The notes: a model not told the origin generated them from the sequence alone. A DNA stretch of 63,762 bases, filler included, from Folioceros fuciformis (GCA_049999805.1; 19 parts of 19 records of this genome joined end to end with filler, not necessarily neighbours in it), one strand, 5' to 3'. Shown: positions 1 to 11,396, counted from the first letter of the whole stretch. Numbers and translations: made by a program.

Positions 1-1489
1 GCTCAGCCACCAAGGGTGAACAGTTGCAGGGGAAGACCTAGCGGGCGACCATCCAGCAAGGAAGAGGCGGCGTCCACAGATTGAAGATCAGACATCCTCT
101 GAAGTCTCAGGATAGTCTAAGAGGTGGTAGATCCTTGTGGTGGTAGGGCCAGCTCATTGGTGGCAGGTTGTGCTAGAAGTCTAAATAAGTGGCTGGTGAT
201 AGCTGGCTAGGCTATTAAAATAATATTTCTCAAGTTAGAGAGAGGGGAAGTCAGAGAGAGAGAGAGAGGCTCCTATAAGATCAGGTGAGCCTGTAGGAGG
301 AAGGAGTCATTCACTTTGGGAGTCAGTCTATCTCTTTGTGAGCTCTTGGAGGTCCTCTCTTCATGAGCTCTTGTGGTCTGTCCCTGCTTGGTTTAGGACT
401 TGCAGTGTGTTGCCGGCTGTGCAACGTCTAGTAGGATCGCAAGCCGTGTGTTGCCGGCTGTACCGTGTCTGGTAGGATCGCAGGCAGCGTGTTGCCGGCT
501 GTACAGTGTCTGGTAGGATCGCGGGCAGCGTGTTGCCGATTGTATAGTGTCTGGTAGGATCACAAGGTGTAATGACCAGGGTNNNNNNNNNNNNNNNNNN
601 NNNNNNNNNNNNNNNNNNNNNNNNNNNNNNNNNNNNNNNNNNNNNNNNNNNNNNNNNNNNNNNNNNNNNNNNNNNNNNNNNNCTCTTGTGGTCTGTCCCT
701 GCTTGGTTTAGAACCTGCAGTGTGTTGCCAGATGTGCAACGTCTGGTAGGATCGCAAGCCGCGTGTTGCCGGCTGTATAGTGTCTGGTAGGATCGCAGGC
801 AGCGTGTTTCCGGCTGTACAGTGTCTGGTAGGATCGCGGGCAGTGTGTTGCCGGTTGTATAGTGTCTGGTAGGATCACAAGGTGTAATGACCAGGGTGTA
901 GGGGCTTGCCCCTAGCTCTTGATTGTAAAGGGTGTGTCTTTCTCTCAACCTGTCCACTCTTGTTCCTTGCTTGGTCAAGTGCTGTAGGCCGGCCATGTCT
1001 CATGGCGTCTGGTAAGGTTGTGGGGAGGAGATATCCAAGAGGGGAGTGTGTTCCCTTCTTCCTTTTGTTTGGGGGTTAGTCTAGTGACTCTTGCCGGGTA
1101 GGAGGAGTCAGTAGGGAAGTGTAGAAGGTAGTGGTGTCATTGTTAGTTGTTGGTGTTGGTGCTGGAGTGAGGGAGTGAGTGAAGTGTGTGAGGGAAGTCG
1201 CAGATCTAAGAGGTTAGAGTCGTTGTAGTGACTGGAGTGAGTTTGTGGGCACCGAGAGAGGTGCAGCTGACCGCCGGACAGCGAGGCCTGTCCTACGCCT
1301 GATCAGAGCTGGAGGGGAGCCCTCGAATCCATCATCGAGTTGATCAAGTCCGACCCTCCATCCACAGCAGCAAGGAACCCCATCGCTCCTTCGTGGGAAC
1401 GAAACCCAATGTCTCAACGACAATGGGATAAGTGTGGCCACTAAAGGTGGAACCCATTGGCAATCAGTGCCCGGGGTTTTGCCTCCACA
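1..1489 (+). mobile_element. Large LTR-like repeat, 'family A' (3' part, ends ...GCCTCCACA)
   Basis: 1112-1489 is near-identical to 37212-37589, and similarity stops at GCCTCCACA(A) in both. About 880-1040 is the reverse complement of 24826-25000. The opposite terminus TGTGAACCTC is seen at 39085 and, reversed, at 10052 and 26297. Confidence 0.7.
405..880. repeat. 41-bp tandem repeat (CGTGTTGCCGGCTGTACAGTGTCTGGTAGGATCGCAGGCAG) inside family A LTR
   Basis: Units start at e.g. 488 and 529. The array spans an N100 gap whose flanks overlap. Confidence 0.85.
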
Positions 1490-2081
1490 AGGCACAGTCG
1501 GCCAAATCATGGTCGTGGAAGGGTGAGACCCACAGGATAATTCTTGAGTGCAGAGGCTGGGGGTGGAGAGTGAGTAGTGGTGGGTAGAGTGTGCGACGGG
1601 AGGTCCGTAACTGGCTAGGGGTAGTGTGACCCCGAAAACGCCGTTCAGGTTCTGAGTGAAATCGGAAGGAGGTAACTTGGGTTAGAGATAGAGAGAGACT
1701 AAGAGTGGGACCCACCGAGGTAGTGGAGTCCACTACCGTTGTAGAGCCACGATCAAGGTAGTCGAAAGCCGAGGTAGTAGAAGCACCTCCGAGGTAGTAG
1801 AAGGTCGGTAGTTGTAGTGCCCCCCCCTCTAGTAATCGAGAGGGTCTGAGAGGTAGTGCAGAGTTGCGGTAGCTGAGCCGTCACGGAGGTAGTGGTAGAT
1901 GACCTGCGGGTAGAGGAGCGGAAGGTAGGTAAATCCTGACCTTTGGTAGTAACTGACTTTAAGGAAAAACCTGTGTTATTTGGGACAAATCATGCCCTTG
2001 GGAGCAAATCCCACGGCTACAACAACATAGAGGGCTTGTGTGGACCTCGCGGTACCCCCGGGTACAATGTTTTCCCCCACA
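1490..2081 (-). mobile_element. LTR-like repeat 'family B', terminal segment
   Basis: Reverse-complement homolog of 5409-5760 and direct homolog of 38500-38900. All three share a terminus of the form TGTGG(G/A)GGAAAA(T/C)ATTGTACC. Confidence 0.7.
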
Positions 2082-5000
2082 TCTACCATTGCCAGGATAG
2101 GTGCGTTGCTGAGTGTGGCCTTGATGTTTTCGAAGGCGTGGAGCGCTGCTGTTTCTAACAGGAGAGGTTTCCCTCTAGGTTGGCGAAGTGTGTTGGTAAG
2201 CAGGACAACTATCTTGCTGAAGTCTTGTATAAAGTGCTTGTAAAATCCCGCCATGCCGAGGGACCTTCAGAGTTGCAGGAGGTCCTAGGAAACTAGCCAC
2301 TCCTAGATAGCTTTGATTTTTTGAGTGTCGACCTGGATCCCTTGGGCACTGACAACGTGCCCAAGGTATTTGCACTCAGTTTGCATAAAGACACATTTGC
2401 TCTTCTTTGCCAGCAGTTTGTGGTTTCGCAAAATTGTTATGACACGTTCCACTAACCGGTAATGGGTCTCTACATCAGGGGAATAGATCAATCTATCGTC
2501 GAGGAAGACTTCCACTCCCCGCCCGAGCAACGGCTGCAATATCTCCTGCATCAAACATTGAAAAGTGGTGGGGGCGTTGGTGAGTCCGAAAGGCATGACT
2601 ACAAACTCGAAATGTCCGTGTCTGGTACGAAAAGAGGTCTTGTACTCATCCCCTTCATGAATTCGGATCTGGTGAAAACCGGAACGGAGGTCTATCTTCG
2701 TGAAGAGGGTGGCTCCATGCACCAAGTCCAGGATCTCGTCGATCCGCGGCATCTAGTAAACATTCCTCACTGTTGCTTTATTTAAGGCCCGATAATTGAT
2801 GCAAAGGCGCCAGGTGTCGTTTGGCTTGGCTACAAGCAGGATTGGGGCACCGAATGAGGAGACAGACGTTTTGACAAACCCCCTCTACAGGAGGTCATCC
2901 ACTTGCCTCTTGATCTTCTCGCTTTCTACTGGTGAGGTTCTGTAGGGGGGAATGCTAATCGGTTTATGCCCAGGTAGGAGTTTGATCTAATGGTCAACAG
3001 CCCGTTTGGGAGGGAGTTCTGTGGGCTCTGCAAATACATCTCGGAAATTGTGTAGTAGTTTTCTCATAGGTTTAGGTAACTGATCTTCCTGTTCCTTGTG
3101 TTTCATGGCCCGGGATTTAGCGGTCCCCTCCAGTGGTAACACTTGTTTTAGCTGTGCTATGTATAGAAAATGCCCTCAGGTTGTGGCTTTATTCAAAGCT
3201 GAAATTGCATACAAGTGTTTGTCAGGGAGGCGGCTCTCCCCTTGCATAACATGTTGGGCGTTTGTCGTTAGCACCACCTCGTTGGTGGCCCAATCCAGTT
3301 TCAGGTGGTCAGAATGGGTTGTCATCCACGGTTTTCGAAGGATTATGTCGTGGCAAAGGTTGGGCATGACGGTGAACCGGAGCTTCTCCTCATCCCCCCT
3401 TGGGAAGGTAAGGACCGCCTCTGTCCACTCTTCCTTGCTGGTGTCTCGTTTGTTGAGAGTTGTAACCATCATCGAATAGTGACCGGTGTCATGTATTTCT
3501 AGTCCAGCTCTCCCTGTTGCCGACCGGGCGATGTAATTGTGGCTGGCTCTTGAGTCGAGTAGCGCTGTGGCTTTCTATCCGACATGCCTACCAAGAGTTT
3601 TACAGGAACATGGTCGAGCTCCATCATAGTGTGCCCTTCCTGGTGCATACGGATTGCTGCCGCGAGGGCTTGGGCTGTGTCGTCTTGGAGTTCGGGCTCT
3701 TCCTCGATCCGGATAGCATGACTGTCCTTGGCAAGTGGGCCGCCCGAAGTCTGAGGGGCCTGCCTTGTCTCTTTGAGCCAAGCAAAGAAATCTTTGCGAT
3801 GGGGGCAGGTCTTGCAGGCGTGGTCTGGTGAGGCACATGTAAAACACAACTTCTTCTTGTAGTACGCCTATTTCTCCTGTGCCGTCAGAATCTTGAACGT
3901 GGGTTTCTTGTCGGTGGCTTGTACAGACTTGCTTCCCTGATTTGCTGTGGGTATGGGCAGGTATTTATACTTGTTAGTCCCGTAGTTGATAGCTGCCTTC
4001 ATAGCGTCTACCAACGTAGCAGGACTCGTCTAGTACACATATGCCCTGAGCTCCTACCTCAGCCCGTTGATAAATTTTTCCACCTTCTGTTCTTCATCTA
4101 ACCTTGGCATGTCGAGGGTGAGCTGCAGGAATCGATCGCAGTACTCCTGGAACGTAGTTTGCTGAGTGATGGTTCTGAATTTGTGATATAAGTCTCTCCG
4201 GTGGTTGACTGGTAGGAATTGTGTCAAAAAGGCCTGGCGGAACACCGCCTAGGAGAGGATAGGTGGTGCCAACCCGAGGTCTACTTGACGTTCTCGCTGT
4301 CGCCACCAACGATACGCATACCTTTCGAGGTTCATAACACAAAATTGGATCCTCTAGAGGTCGTCCTTGTCACTTGACCTGAGGTACTAATCCATCTTGT
4401 CAATCCAATCATAGGTGTGTTGTGCTTCCTTGTTTGAGCCATCGAAGGTTGTCGTTTTGATCTTCCGTTGCAGGTCCTTGTCCAACAAGCTCCTGGATTT
4501 GAATGGGATTAGCTCGTCTTCCACAGATCCGAGTTTTAGTGAGAACCTACCTTTTTGGGCTTCATAGTTCTCGTATCGCATCAAATGAAGCCTTCCTACC
4601 AAGGCTTGAATTTCTGGATTCTCCTTCTCGCTTGGCTATAGGTTAACCAGTAGTTTCTTGAGAGCTTCCTCGTCATCCCCCGCCCAGGGCCCCTATCGCG
4701 TCCCGGGTCTGGCCTCAGCTCGAGAGCTGGGGCGGCCGAGGCCCCCGCTAATCGCTTCCGCCAATCTCCTAAAATCTGGGTGATTTGTTTCAAGATGTGT
4801 GAGGGGAATGGTTTCTTGGTGTTTCGTACCTAACCCGTCACCCGGTTGGGACTGTTGCTGCAAGGCTGGTGTGTCCTGCTCTATGTGGCCTAGCGCCTGT
4901 AGCACACCTTCAAGTTGGCGCTCTACCCACGCCCGGCTTTCGCCTACTTGGGTCTCGATGCGGTGCATCGTGGCCTCTACCTCCTTCAACTGCCAATCTT

Positions 5001-5408
5001 GGGAAGCAAGGGTACTAGTGATTTCTTCACACATACGTTCCACTCTTGTGGTGCGGGTTTCCCAATCCTACCATTGACTAACCTCGTTCCTTCTCGTCCA
5101 ATCGTCTTGCATTGCAGCCGTGCAGAATCCTCCTCCTCGGTCACGATCTGGGGACGGCCGGCCCACGGCGGCTTCGCCTTCTTCACGTGCTGCCCTCCTC
5201 CGCGATTGGGGTGCCATCGAGTGACCACGTTTTTGAGGTCGGCCGCACTGCCTAGGAGCGTTGTCCATCTCGTACTTTGTGTTTGATCCGGCTTGGTGTT
5301 GGCGTCCAGCCCTTCTTCTCACCCGACCCCCAATGCCCAATAGGGAGGCACCATCGTCGCTCTCGATGGAGATTGCCTTCTCCATTTTTGCCAAAGGTAT
5401 GACGTCCC
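2082..5408 (-). mobile_element. Ty3/gypsy retrotransposon internal region (decayed gag, zinc knuckle, partial protease, RT, start of RNase H)
   Basis: Gag 'FRQAFLTQFLP...QKVEKFINGL'; CCHC 'CFTCASPDHACKTC'; 'HDIILRKPW'; RT 'MPRIDEILD...[15 protein letters not shown]...MPFGLTNAPTTFQ...VFLDD'. Many stop codons. Confidence 0.93.
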
Positions 5409-6345
5409 TGTGGAGGAAAATATTGTACCCAGGGGTACCACGAGGTCCACCCAAACCCTCTATGTCATTATAGCAGTGGGATTCGATCTCAAGGGAATGA
5501 TTTGTGCCAAATAACACAGGTTTCCTCTAAAAATCGGTTCTAACCTAGGTCAGGCTTCACCTACCCCTAGTTTCTCTACCTACAGGTTCCACTACCACTA
5601 CCCTTTGGTGGCCTAGCTACCACATCGCAGCTTTACAACTCCCAGACTAGTTCCACCACCGAGGTAGGGGTCTCTACAACTACTGGTTCTTCTATGACCG
5701 GTAGGGGCCTCCACAACCGGTAGTAGTTTCCACTACCATGGTGGGTCCCACCTCAAGTTCCTAACTAATACGCGTTGATTCTGGTATCACCGCGGGTTTC
5801 TACGTGGCTTTTCCAGGTAGAAAGTCAGGGTTACTTAGTTCTCCGCAACCACCCGCTTATACAGCCTAGTCCATGGTGTCCACACTTCACGCCCTGCACA
5901 CACGCACATACAGTTCTTCCACTCAAGTTGATGCCAACCACACAGACCTGTCTCACAATCGCACTCACTCCCGGTAATCGTCGTGTTCCTTCAGCAGTCT
6001 CACACCCCTTGGACTTACAACAATATTACCACAACTCACGTCCTCATAGCACAACTAGACCGCGTCCGTTCATACAAACACCTTCATATCCACACTCAGC
6101 AACCACGACTCCTCAGACAGTTTTCTCACGGCGTCTCTTACCACAGATTCAGCAACATCTCCACACACACACTTAAAGATCCTTTAGTATCTCCTCCACG
6201 ACTTTGTTAGCACTCCAGCTCTCTTAGACACACAACGTTCACAACACACTCACTCGCAGGCAACAGTTCGGGAAGTAAGAGAAGAAGAAACACTCCCTCC
6301 TCTCTTAGGTCGTTCCCGCAGCTTCCACCAGGGTCCAGGATACCA
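5409..6345 (+). mobile_element. LTR-like repeat 'family B'
   Basis: Starts TGTGGAGGAAAATATTGTACC. Homologous to 1490-2081 and 38500-38900 (reverse). Right boundary is approximate. Confidence 0.65.
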
Positions 6346-6759
6346 GTAAGGGGGGGAAATCATTTGCCTAAAGGAGACCAGGTGAAACAAGGGGCTGACC
6401 AAGTTTCCAGCCAACATCACAGTTTAGAAACATCCAAGTATGATCAAGCTGTCCGATTACTGACTATGGTGTTAACACACAAGGAGCTACTGAAGAGGGT
6501 ACACAAGGCACCCTTACTCAGCCTGCAAGATGTGGGAATTGAAGAAGCTGCTGTAGGCATCATGTTGCAGCCTTCACAAGCTGAGATGTTGTTGCCTGAT
6601 CTTGATCAGTCAGGGCTTGATTCTCTTGTTGCAGGCAAGAGGGTGAAAGCTGCATTGTTGTCTTGTGAAAGTCAGGGTTTGCCAGTCGTACAACCCACAA
6701 ATCGGTGCAAGGCCACAATTGGCAATGTGCTGGTGGACAATCGTGGCAGCCACGTGCTG

Positions 6760-7035
6760 GTGAATGGGTTTGCGCCCAGAGCAGTGTTGTTGGACACGGG
6801 GGCACAACCAGTCATCATAGGGAAGGTTATGGCTGCTAGGCTGAGATTGGAAGGGAGTGCTCTACAGCCGTCTTCCTGGAATATTTGCACAGCCTAAGGG
6901 GCGGTTGAACCTGTAAAAGGGGAAACCACCCAACCAATCAAGATTACTTTGAAGCCCAACACAGCGGATGAGGTGAGCTTGACGGTGCACTGCCTGGTCA
7001 CAGGGGCCACCAATTATGACATCCTATTGGGATAG
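6760..7035 (+). pseudogene. Retroviral-type aspartic protease domain
   Basis: 'RAVLLDTGAQPVIIG' catalytic motif, and 'NYDILLG' C-terminal motif in the same frame past the TAA at 6895. Confidence 0.88.
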
Positions 7036-7524
7036 GAATTTTTGTTCCCTCCAGGAGTTTCCATTGACAACTGGACAGAACCGGCCTTTTACAGGCCAGA
7101 TTGGCAGCAAGGGGGAAAGTGCATTGCTTACCTGCCCCTGGATTTGCATGGCGCCACACAAGCAGCCGAGGCTACGCTAGTGGTAAGGCAGGCCTGCATG
7201 GTGTAGATTGAGCCATGGGAGGATGGGACAATGCCCTCATTACTACCAGACCATTGAGCTCAAGTATGGCTAGTTGAATATGGAGAAGACGAGGAAGTTC
7301 TTGCCCCTGATCCTGAAGAAGATGCGCTTGGAGCGCAATTGCATTCTTAGGTCCTATCCGGGGTTCTCACAGCCAGCAAGGAGCGTCTACAGCGAGCTCA
7401 AGAGATAGTCGCTCGTGTTATGCAAGTGTTGCAGCAGGCTTTCACAGACCTAGCCACAGCGGAGGCAGCAGATGTTTCTCCTATCCAACAGGCTGTTATT
7501 ACTTGGCAGCCTACATCACAAGGG

Positions 7525-8490
7525 ATTACCTTGGTGGAGCTGTTTGGGGGCTTGTGCACTGGTCTAGAGGCAGTGCTGAAGTGCAGCATCACTGTTTCCA
7601 GATACATCTACTGTGATGCCTGCCCAGCTGTTAGGCACATTGCAATCCATTGAGTGCAATTGCTAAAGCAGTTTCCTCAACAATTTCCTCGGCAGGCCAG
7701 CAAGAGCATGTGTAATGCTCTTCCACATAACATTCGATATATCCAGCAAGCACACATCTAGGCCATTGGAAATGTGAATTTGCTAATTGCAAGATGGGAG
7801 TGCCAGGGTCTGTCCCAAGCTAGGAAAGGAGCAGGGCTGCACGACAGTCGTTTAGGCTTATTTAGGGATCTGGTGCAAGTACTTCGATGGGTCCAGGATT
7901 ACCACCCACGAGTGGCTTATTTGCTGGAAAATACACAAGCTTAACTGGATGCTCGTCCACAATTACGCTAAGACATGGGCTATTCAGCAGGTCATTGGTA
8001 CGCCATTCACCATGGATGCTGCTCAGGTGGGCAGCTATGCTCACAGACTTAGGAATTATTGGACAAATCTGGCCCCATTACCTTTTTAAACTTGGCCTTA
8101 TAGGAGTAGCAGCGGGACCCTACTCGACTCCTATAGGATGTGCTGGATGACAATCATACCCCCAAACATCTTCATGAAAAAAAAAATCATACCCCTAAAC
8201 CTGTCACAGCCAAGGAGAGGGCTCCATGGTTCCCTACCAACACACCAGGTTAACCAAGGAGGACCTTGCCCACGGTGGTCAGTTATCCTCGTTCCTATAC
8301 ATATAGGAATAACGGTCCTGGTATGCTCTTTAATGAGGATACCAAGGTGTGGGAGGAACCTACAGTGGAGGAGAGAGAACGGATAATGGGTTTTCATACT
8401 CACAACACAATAGCACCCCAAGCTTCCAGGGCACAGAGATTTGCAGCACTTGGCCATGCTATGGATGTGAGTGCTTTAACTTGGCAGCTT
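7525..8490 (+). pseudogene. C5 cytosine DNA methyltransferase catalytic domain (retrotransposon-borne)
   Basis: Motif I ITLVELFGGLCTG (7525); motif IV NLLIARWECQGLSQARKGAGLHDSRLGLF (Cys codon 7801); motif VI AYLLENT (~7915-7935); motif VIII DAAQVGSYAHRLRNYWTNL (8015-8071, shifted frame); motif IX EPTVEERERIMGF (8356); motif X QRFAALGHAMDV (8434). Confidence 0.9.
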
Positions 8491-8795
8491 AGCCTTTGCT
8501 TGGCTTTCCAGGTGTTCACCAGACCTTGGGACCATGGTTCCCACATCCAGACCCTATCCTATCATTCGGAAGTAGTTCATCTGCCATTTCTTGGATTTCG
8601 TTACCAATCCTATCAGCTCGACGTAGGGGGGGGGAGGACATGTCTCCCAAACTTGTTTTTGCTGCTTTGGAGCTGGATTCAGGACTAGGACTGTCAGCAG
8701 CTATCAAACCTCCACATACTACGGAGGCCTTTGATTGGATTATGGGTCCTCAGCTAGATTCAAGGCAGAAGCAGCGGATTCGGGCCCTGCTTTAA

Positions 8796-9335
8796 CAATA
8801 CTCGGATTGTTTTGCCTTCAGCATGAAGGATTTGAAGAGGTACAATGTTATGACGTCCAGGATCAACCTCAACACTACTGAGCCAATCTATAGGTGCAGG
8901 TACAGGTTGAGCCAATATGAATGGGAGATTGTGGAAGCACGCTGCCAAGAGTTGTATCGGGCTAGACTGATCAGGCCTCCTAGTTCTAATTACGTAGCCG
9001 CTACTGTCCTTCCACCCAAGAAGGATAGCCAGGGCTTTTGGACTGAAAAGCAAATGTGTGGGGACTATCGTCCCATCAATGCAGCAACAGCACTTGATAG
9101 TTATCCTATGCCTACGCCGGAAGAGTTGTTTGACAACATTGGACAGTCCAAATTCTTCTCTATGTTCAATCTGCGACAGGGTTTCAACCAGGTGTCAGTG
9201 GCAGAGGAGGATATACCCAAGACAACATTTCATGGAGCTCACCAGCTGTGGGAGTGGCTGGTCATGCCTTTTGGGTTCAAGAATGCACCAGTAACCTTCC
9301 AAAGGGTCATGGACAAGGTATTGGCAGGGGCCCGT
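8796..9335 (+). pseudogene. Ty3/gypsy reverse transcriptase, N-terminal part
   Basis: 'AATVLPPKKD...MCGDYRPIN...YPMPTPEELFD...LRQGFNQ...WLVMPFGFKNAPVTFQRVMD'. Cut before YxDD by an AT-rich insertion starting TGTTA at 9336. Confidence 0.93.
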
Positions 9336-9574
9336 TGTTAAGCATAATTAATGTTGAGATTAATTAGTGCTAATCCAGCTTATTGAGTTTGTACTAATTA
9401 GTGGTAAGAGTGATTAAGGTTATGATTAATATATATATATAGCTTATTAGACTTTGCTATGTTAGGCAAAAAAGTATTGTAGGGTTTGGGGTCATTTATC
9501 CCATATTGGGCACGAAATGAGAGTGCCACCCATAGGTCCATAAAAGAAGGGATGAACCCACTTAGTATTTGCAG

Positions 9575-9674
9575 NNNNNNNNNNNNNNNNNNNNNNNNNN
9601 NNNNNNNNNNNNNNNNNNTTAATTAATTAANNNNNNNNNNNNNNNNNNNNNNNNNNNNNNNNNNNNNNNNNNNN
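9575..9674. other. Artificial scaffold spacer N44-TTAATTAATTAA-N44 (first of 18)
   Basis: The same spacer starts at 12009, 14275, 16919, 23444, 24726, 27074, 28316, 30190, 31608, 33452, 37112, 40274, 44155, 47088, 53354, 59895 and 62461. It provides stops in all six frames. Confidence 0.97.
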
Positions 9675-10052
9675 CTGACACTGACATACCCAGATACCCG
9701 TTCCTATGTTCAAACCATTATTATATTATTATATTATTTTAATATTATTATTTAATTATTTAATTATTTAATATTATATATCTTTAATTAATATTAAACT
9801 AATCACCCAACCCTATGGCCCGGTACCGAACCTAATCCTTCCCAGCTCTGGGACCAAACCTATACCCACTCTTATAACCAAACCCACTATTTCCTGGTCA
9901 ATTAACCCAATTAGCACAAAGAAAAATAGGAAAAATGACCAGAAAATCAAGGAAAATTAGGGAAAATAAGTTGAAAAAGAAAACCAAACCATACCACTAT
10001 TAACCCTTTTTCAACCAAAACAAACTACTACCCCAAACTTTGGAGGTTCACA
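9675..10052 (-). mobile_element. Family A LTR terminal segment
   Basis: Near-identical to 26060-26297 and the reverse of 39085-39610. Ends GGAGGTTCACA. Confidence 0.7.
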
Positions 10053-10310
10053 AGCTACGTTGTAGGTTGAAGCACACAGCTACGTTATAGGTAGGTTGAA
10101 GCACGCAGCTACGTTCTAGGTTGAAGCACGCAGCTACGTTGTAGGTAGGTTGAAGCACGCAGCTACGTTCTAGGTTGAAGCACGCAGCTACGTTGTAGGT
10201 TGAAGCACGCAGCTGCGTTCTAGGTTGAAGGCACACAGCTCCGTTCTAGGTTGAAGGCACGCAACTACGATCTAGGTTGAAAGCACGCAGCTCCGTTCTA
10301 GGTTGAAGCT
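10053..10310. repeat. ~25-bp tandem repeat (AGCTACGTTCTAGGTTGAAGCACGC)
   Basis: About 10 adjacent, slightly variable units. Confidence 0.9.
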
Positions 10311-10745
10311 TAGGGACTGACAATCTATGGCCAACATGGAGCAAATGTTTGTCTACGGCTTAGCCCTTGCTACACTAAGTGTAGTTAGAGAGTTGTTTTA
10401 TTTACTAATTACTTTGAGGGGAGTAGTGATGCTACCATCACCGATTGCGGGCTATCTTTAAGATCTGTGAGCATGGATGATCAGAGACTTCTAGATTATG
10501 CTCTTGATAATACAATTCTGTCATGTCNNNNNNNNNNNNNNNNNNNNNNNNNNNNNNNNNNNNNNNNNNNNNNNNNNNNNNNNNNNNNNNNNNNNNNNNN
10601 NNNNNNNNNNNNNNNNNNNNNNNNNNNATTATGCTCTTGATAATACAATTCTGTCATGTCAACAATTGGAGGCTGCTCTTGCAATTGCAGCCCACACAAG
10701 ACAATTACTAAGGGGATTTCTAACAGATATTCAATTATCAACGAA

Positions 10746-11396
10746 CTATAAGAAACCCCACCCGCGTACATGACATGTGGACTTTATACCTTCAACTTTC
10801 TCAATATTCCAATACCTACTCCATCCTGAATTGTGACCAAGTCGCTCCCAATCTTGGACTTTATTGAAGTCCGTCATGAGAGCTTCCCAGCGATCACCGC
10901 ATTGCTTCGTCGTCCTGTAAACCTTATGGCTTGCACATGAAGTTGAAATTACAGCCCATCTTGTGTTGGTAAGAGTCATCTTTTCTTTCATACCGCCGTC
11001 CCTGTGCTTCATAACATCCTCCTTTCGTACAGAAACCAATATGAGCAATTCAAATTCGTCCCACCTTTTCCATGTGTTATCTTTGTCAATGAGTGATGAA
11101 TCACCTTGATTTCAAGCTTGAACCCTAGACATTTTCTTGCCCTCGGCACGGTTGGGATTCACAGATGGCTTTTGAGGACCTTGGCTTTCTAGCTCAGTCT
11201 GAAATTGTGGCGTCCAAGCTGCGGAATAGCCAAGACCTTGTAAGTGTGCTGCTCCATTATCCCTAATGTGGGTTTGGAGGAGCAAAGGACCTCCTCCCTT
11301 GCTCATGCTCAAACCTTGAGCTACACCATAAGACAAATGTTGAGATTGATACACGTTTCTATTAGCAATGTCTTCACAATTTGTAGCATGCTTCAC
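10746..11396 (-). pseudogene. Trihelix/Myb-SANT-like DNA-binding protein remnant (host ASR3/GT-like TF or Harbinger ORF)
   Basis: 'RWDEFELLILVSVRKE...RWAVISTSC...RTTKQCGDRWEALMTDFNKVQDWE...YW'. In-frame stop at 11112-11114. Confidence 0.75.

Larger units (their letters stand above)
6364..9335 (+). mobile_element. Ty3/gypsy pol with embedded C5 DNA methyltransferase: protease - DNMT - RT (pseudogenised, truncated at both ends)
   Basis: Manual read-through translation: frame 1 carries the protease motifs (VLLDTGAQP, YDILLG) and continues into the DNMT motifs. After a G9 run at 8626-8634, frame 3 carries gypsy RT. Confidence 0.92.

Noticed and set aside
1490-5760. Inverted repeats flanking gypsy gag-pol, suggesting a DIRS or TIR-type element
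   Set aside because: The copies are clearly diverged, one cuts into RNase H, the same terminus occurs at 38900 with an unrelated flank, and no tyrosine recombinase is seen. Independent insertions are more likely.
7420-8688. Host DRM/DNMT3 or CMT gene with TEs inserted around it
   Set aside because: No introns, continuous frame with the upstream protease, canonical motif order (not DRM-permuted), and no chromo/BAH/PWWP domains. It fits an integral part of pol better.
9619-9630. Recurrent TTAATTAATTAA motif
   Set aside because: Always centred between two 44-N runs; an artificial six-frame-stop linker. Adjacency across it has no biological meaning.
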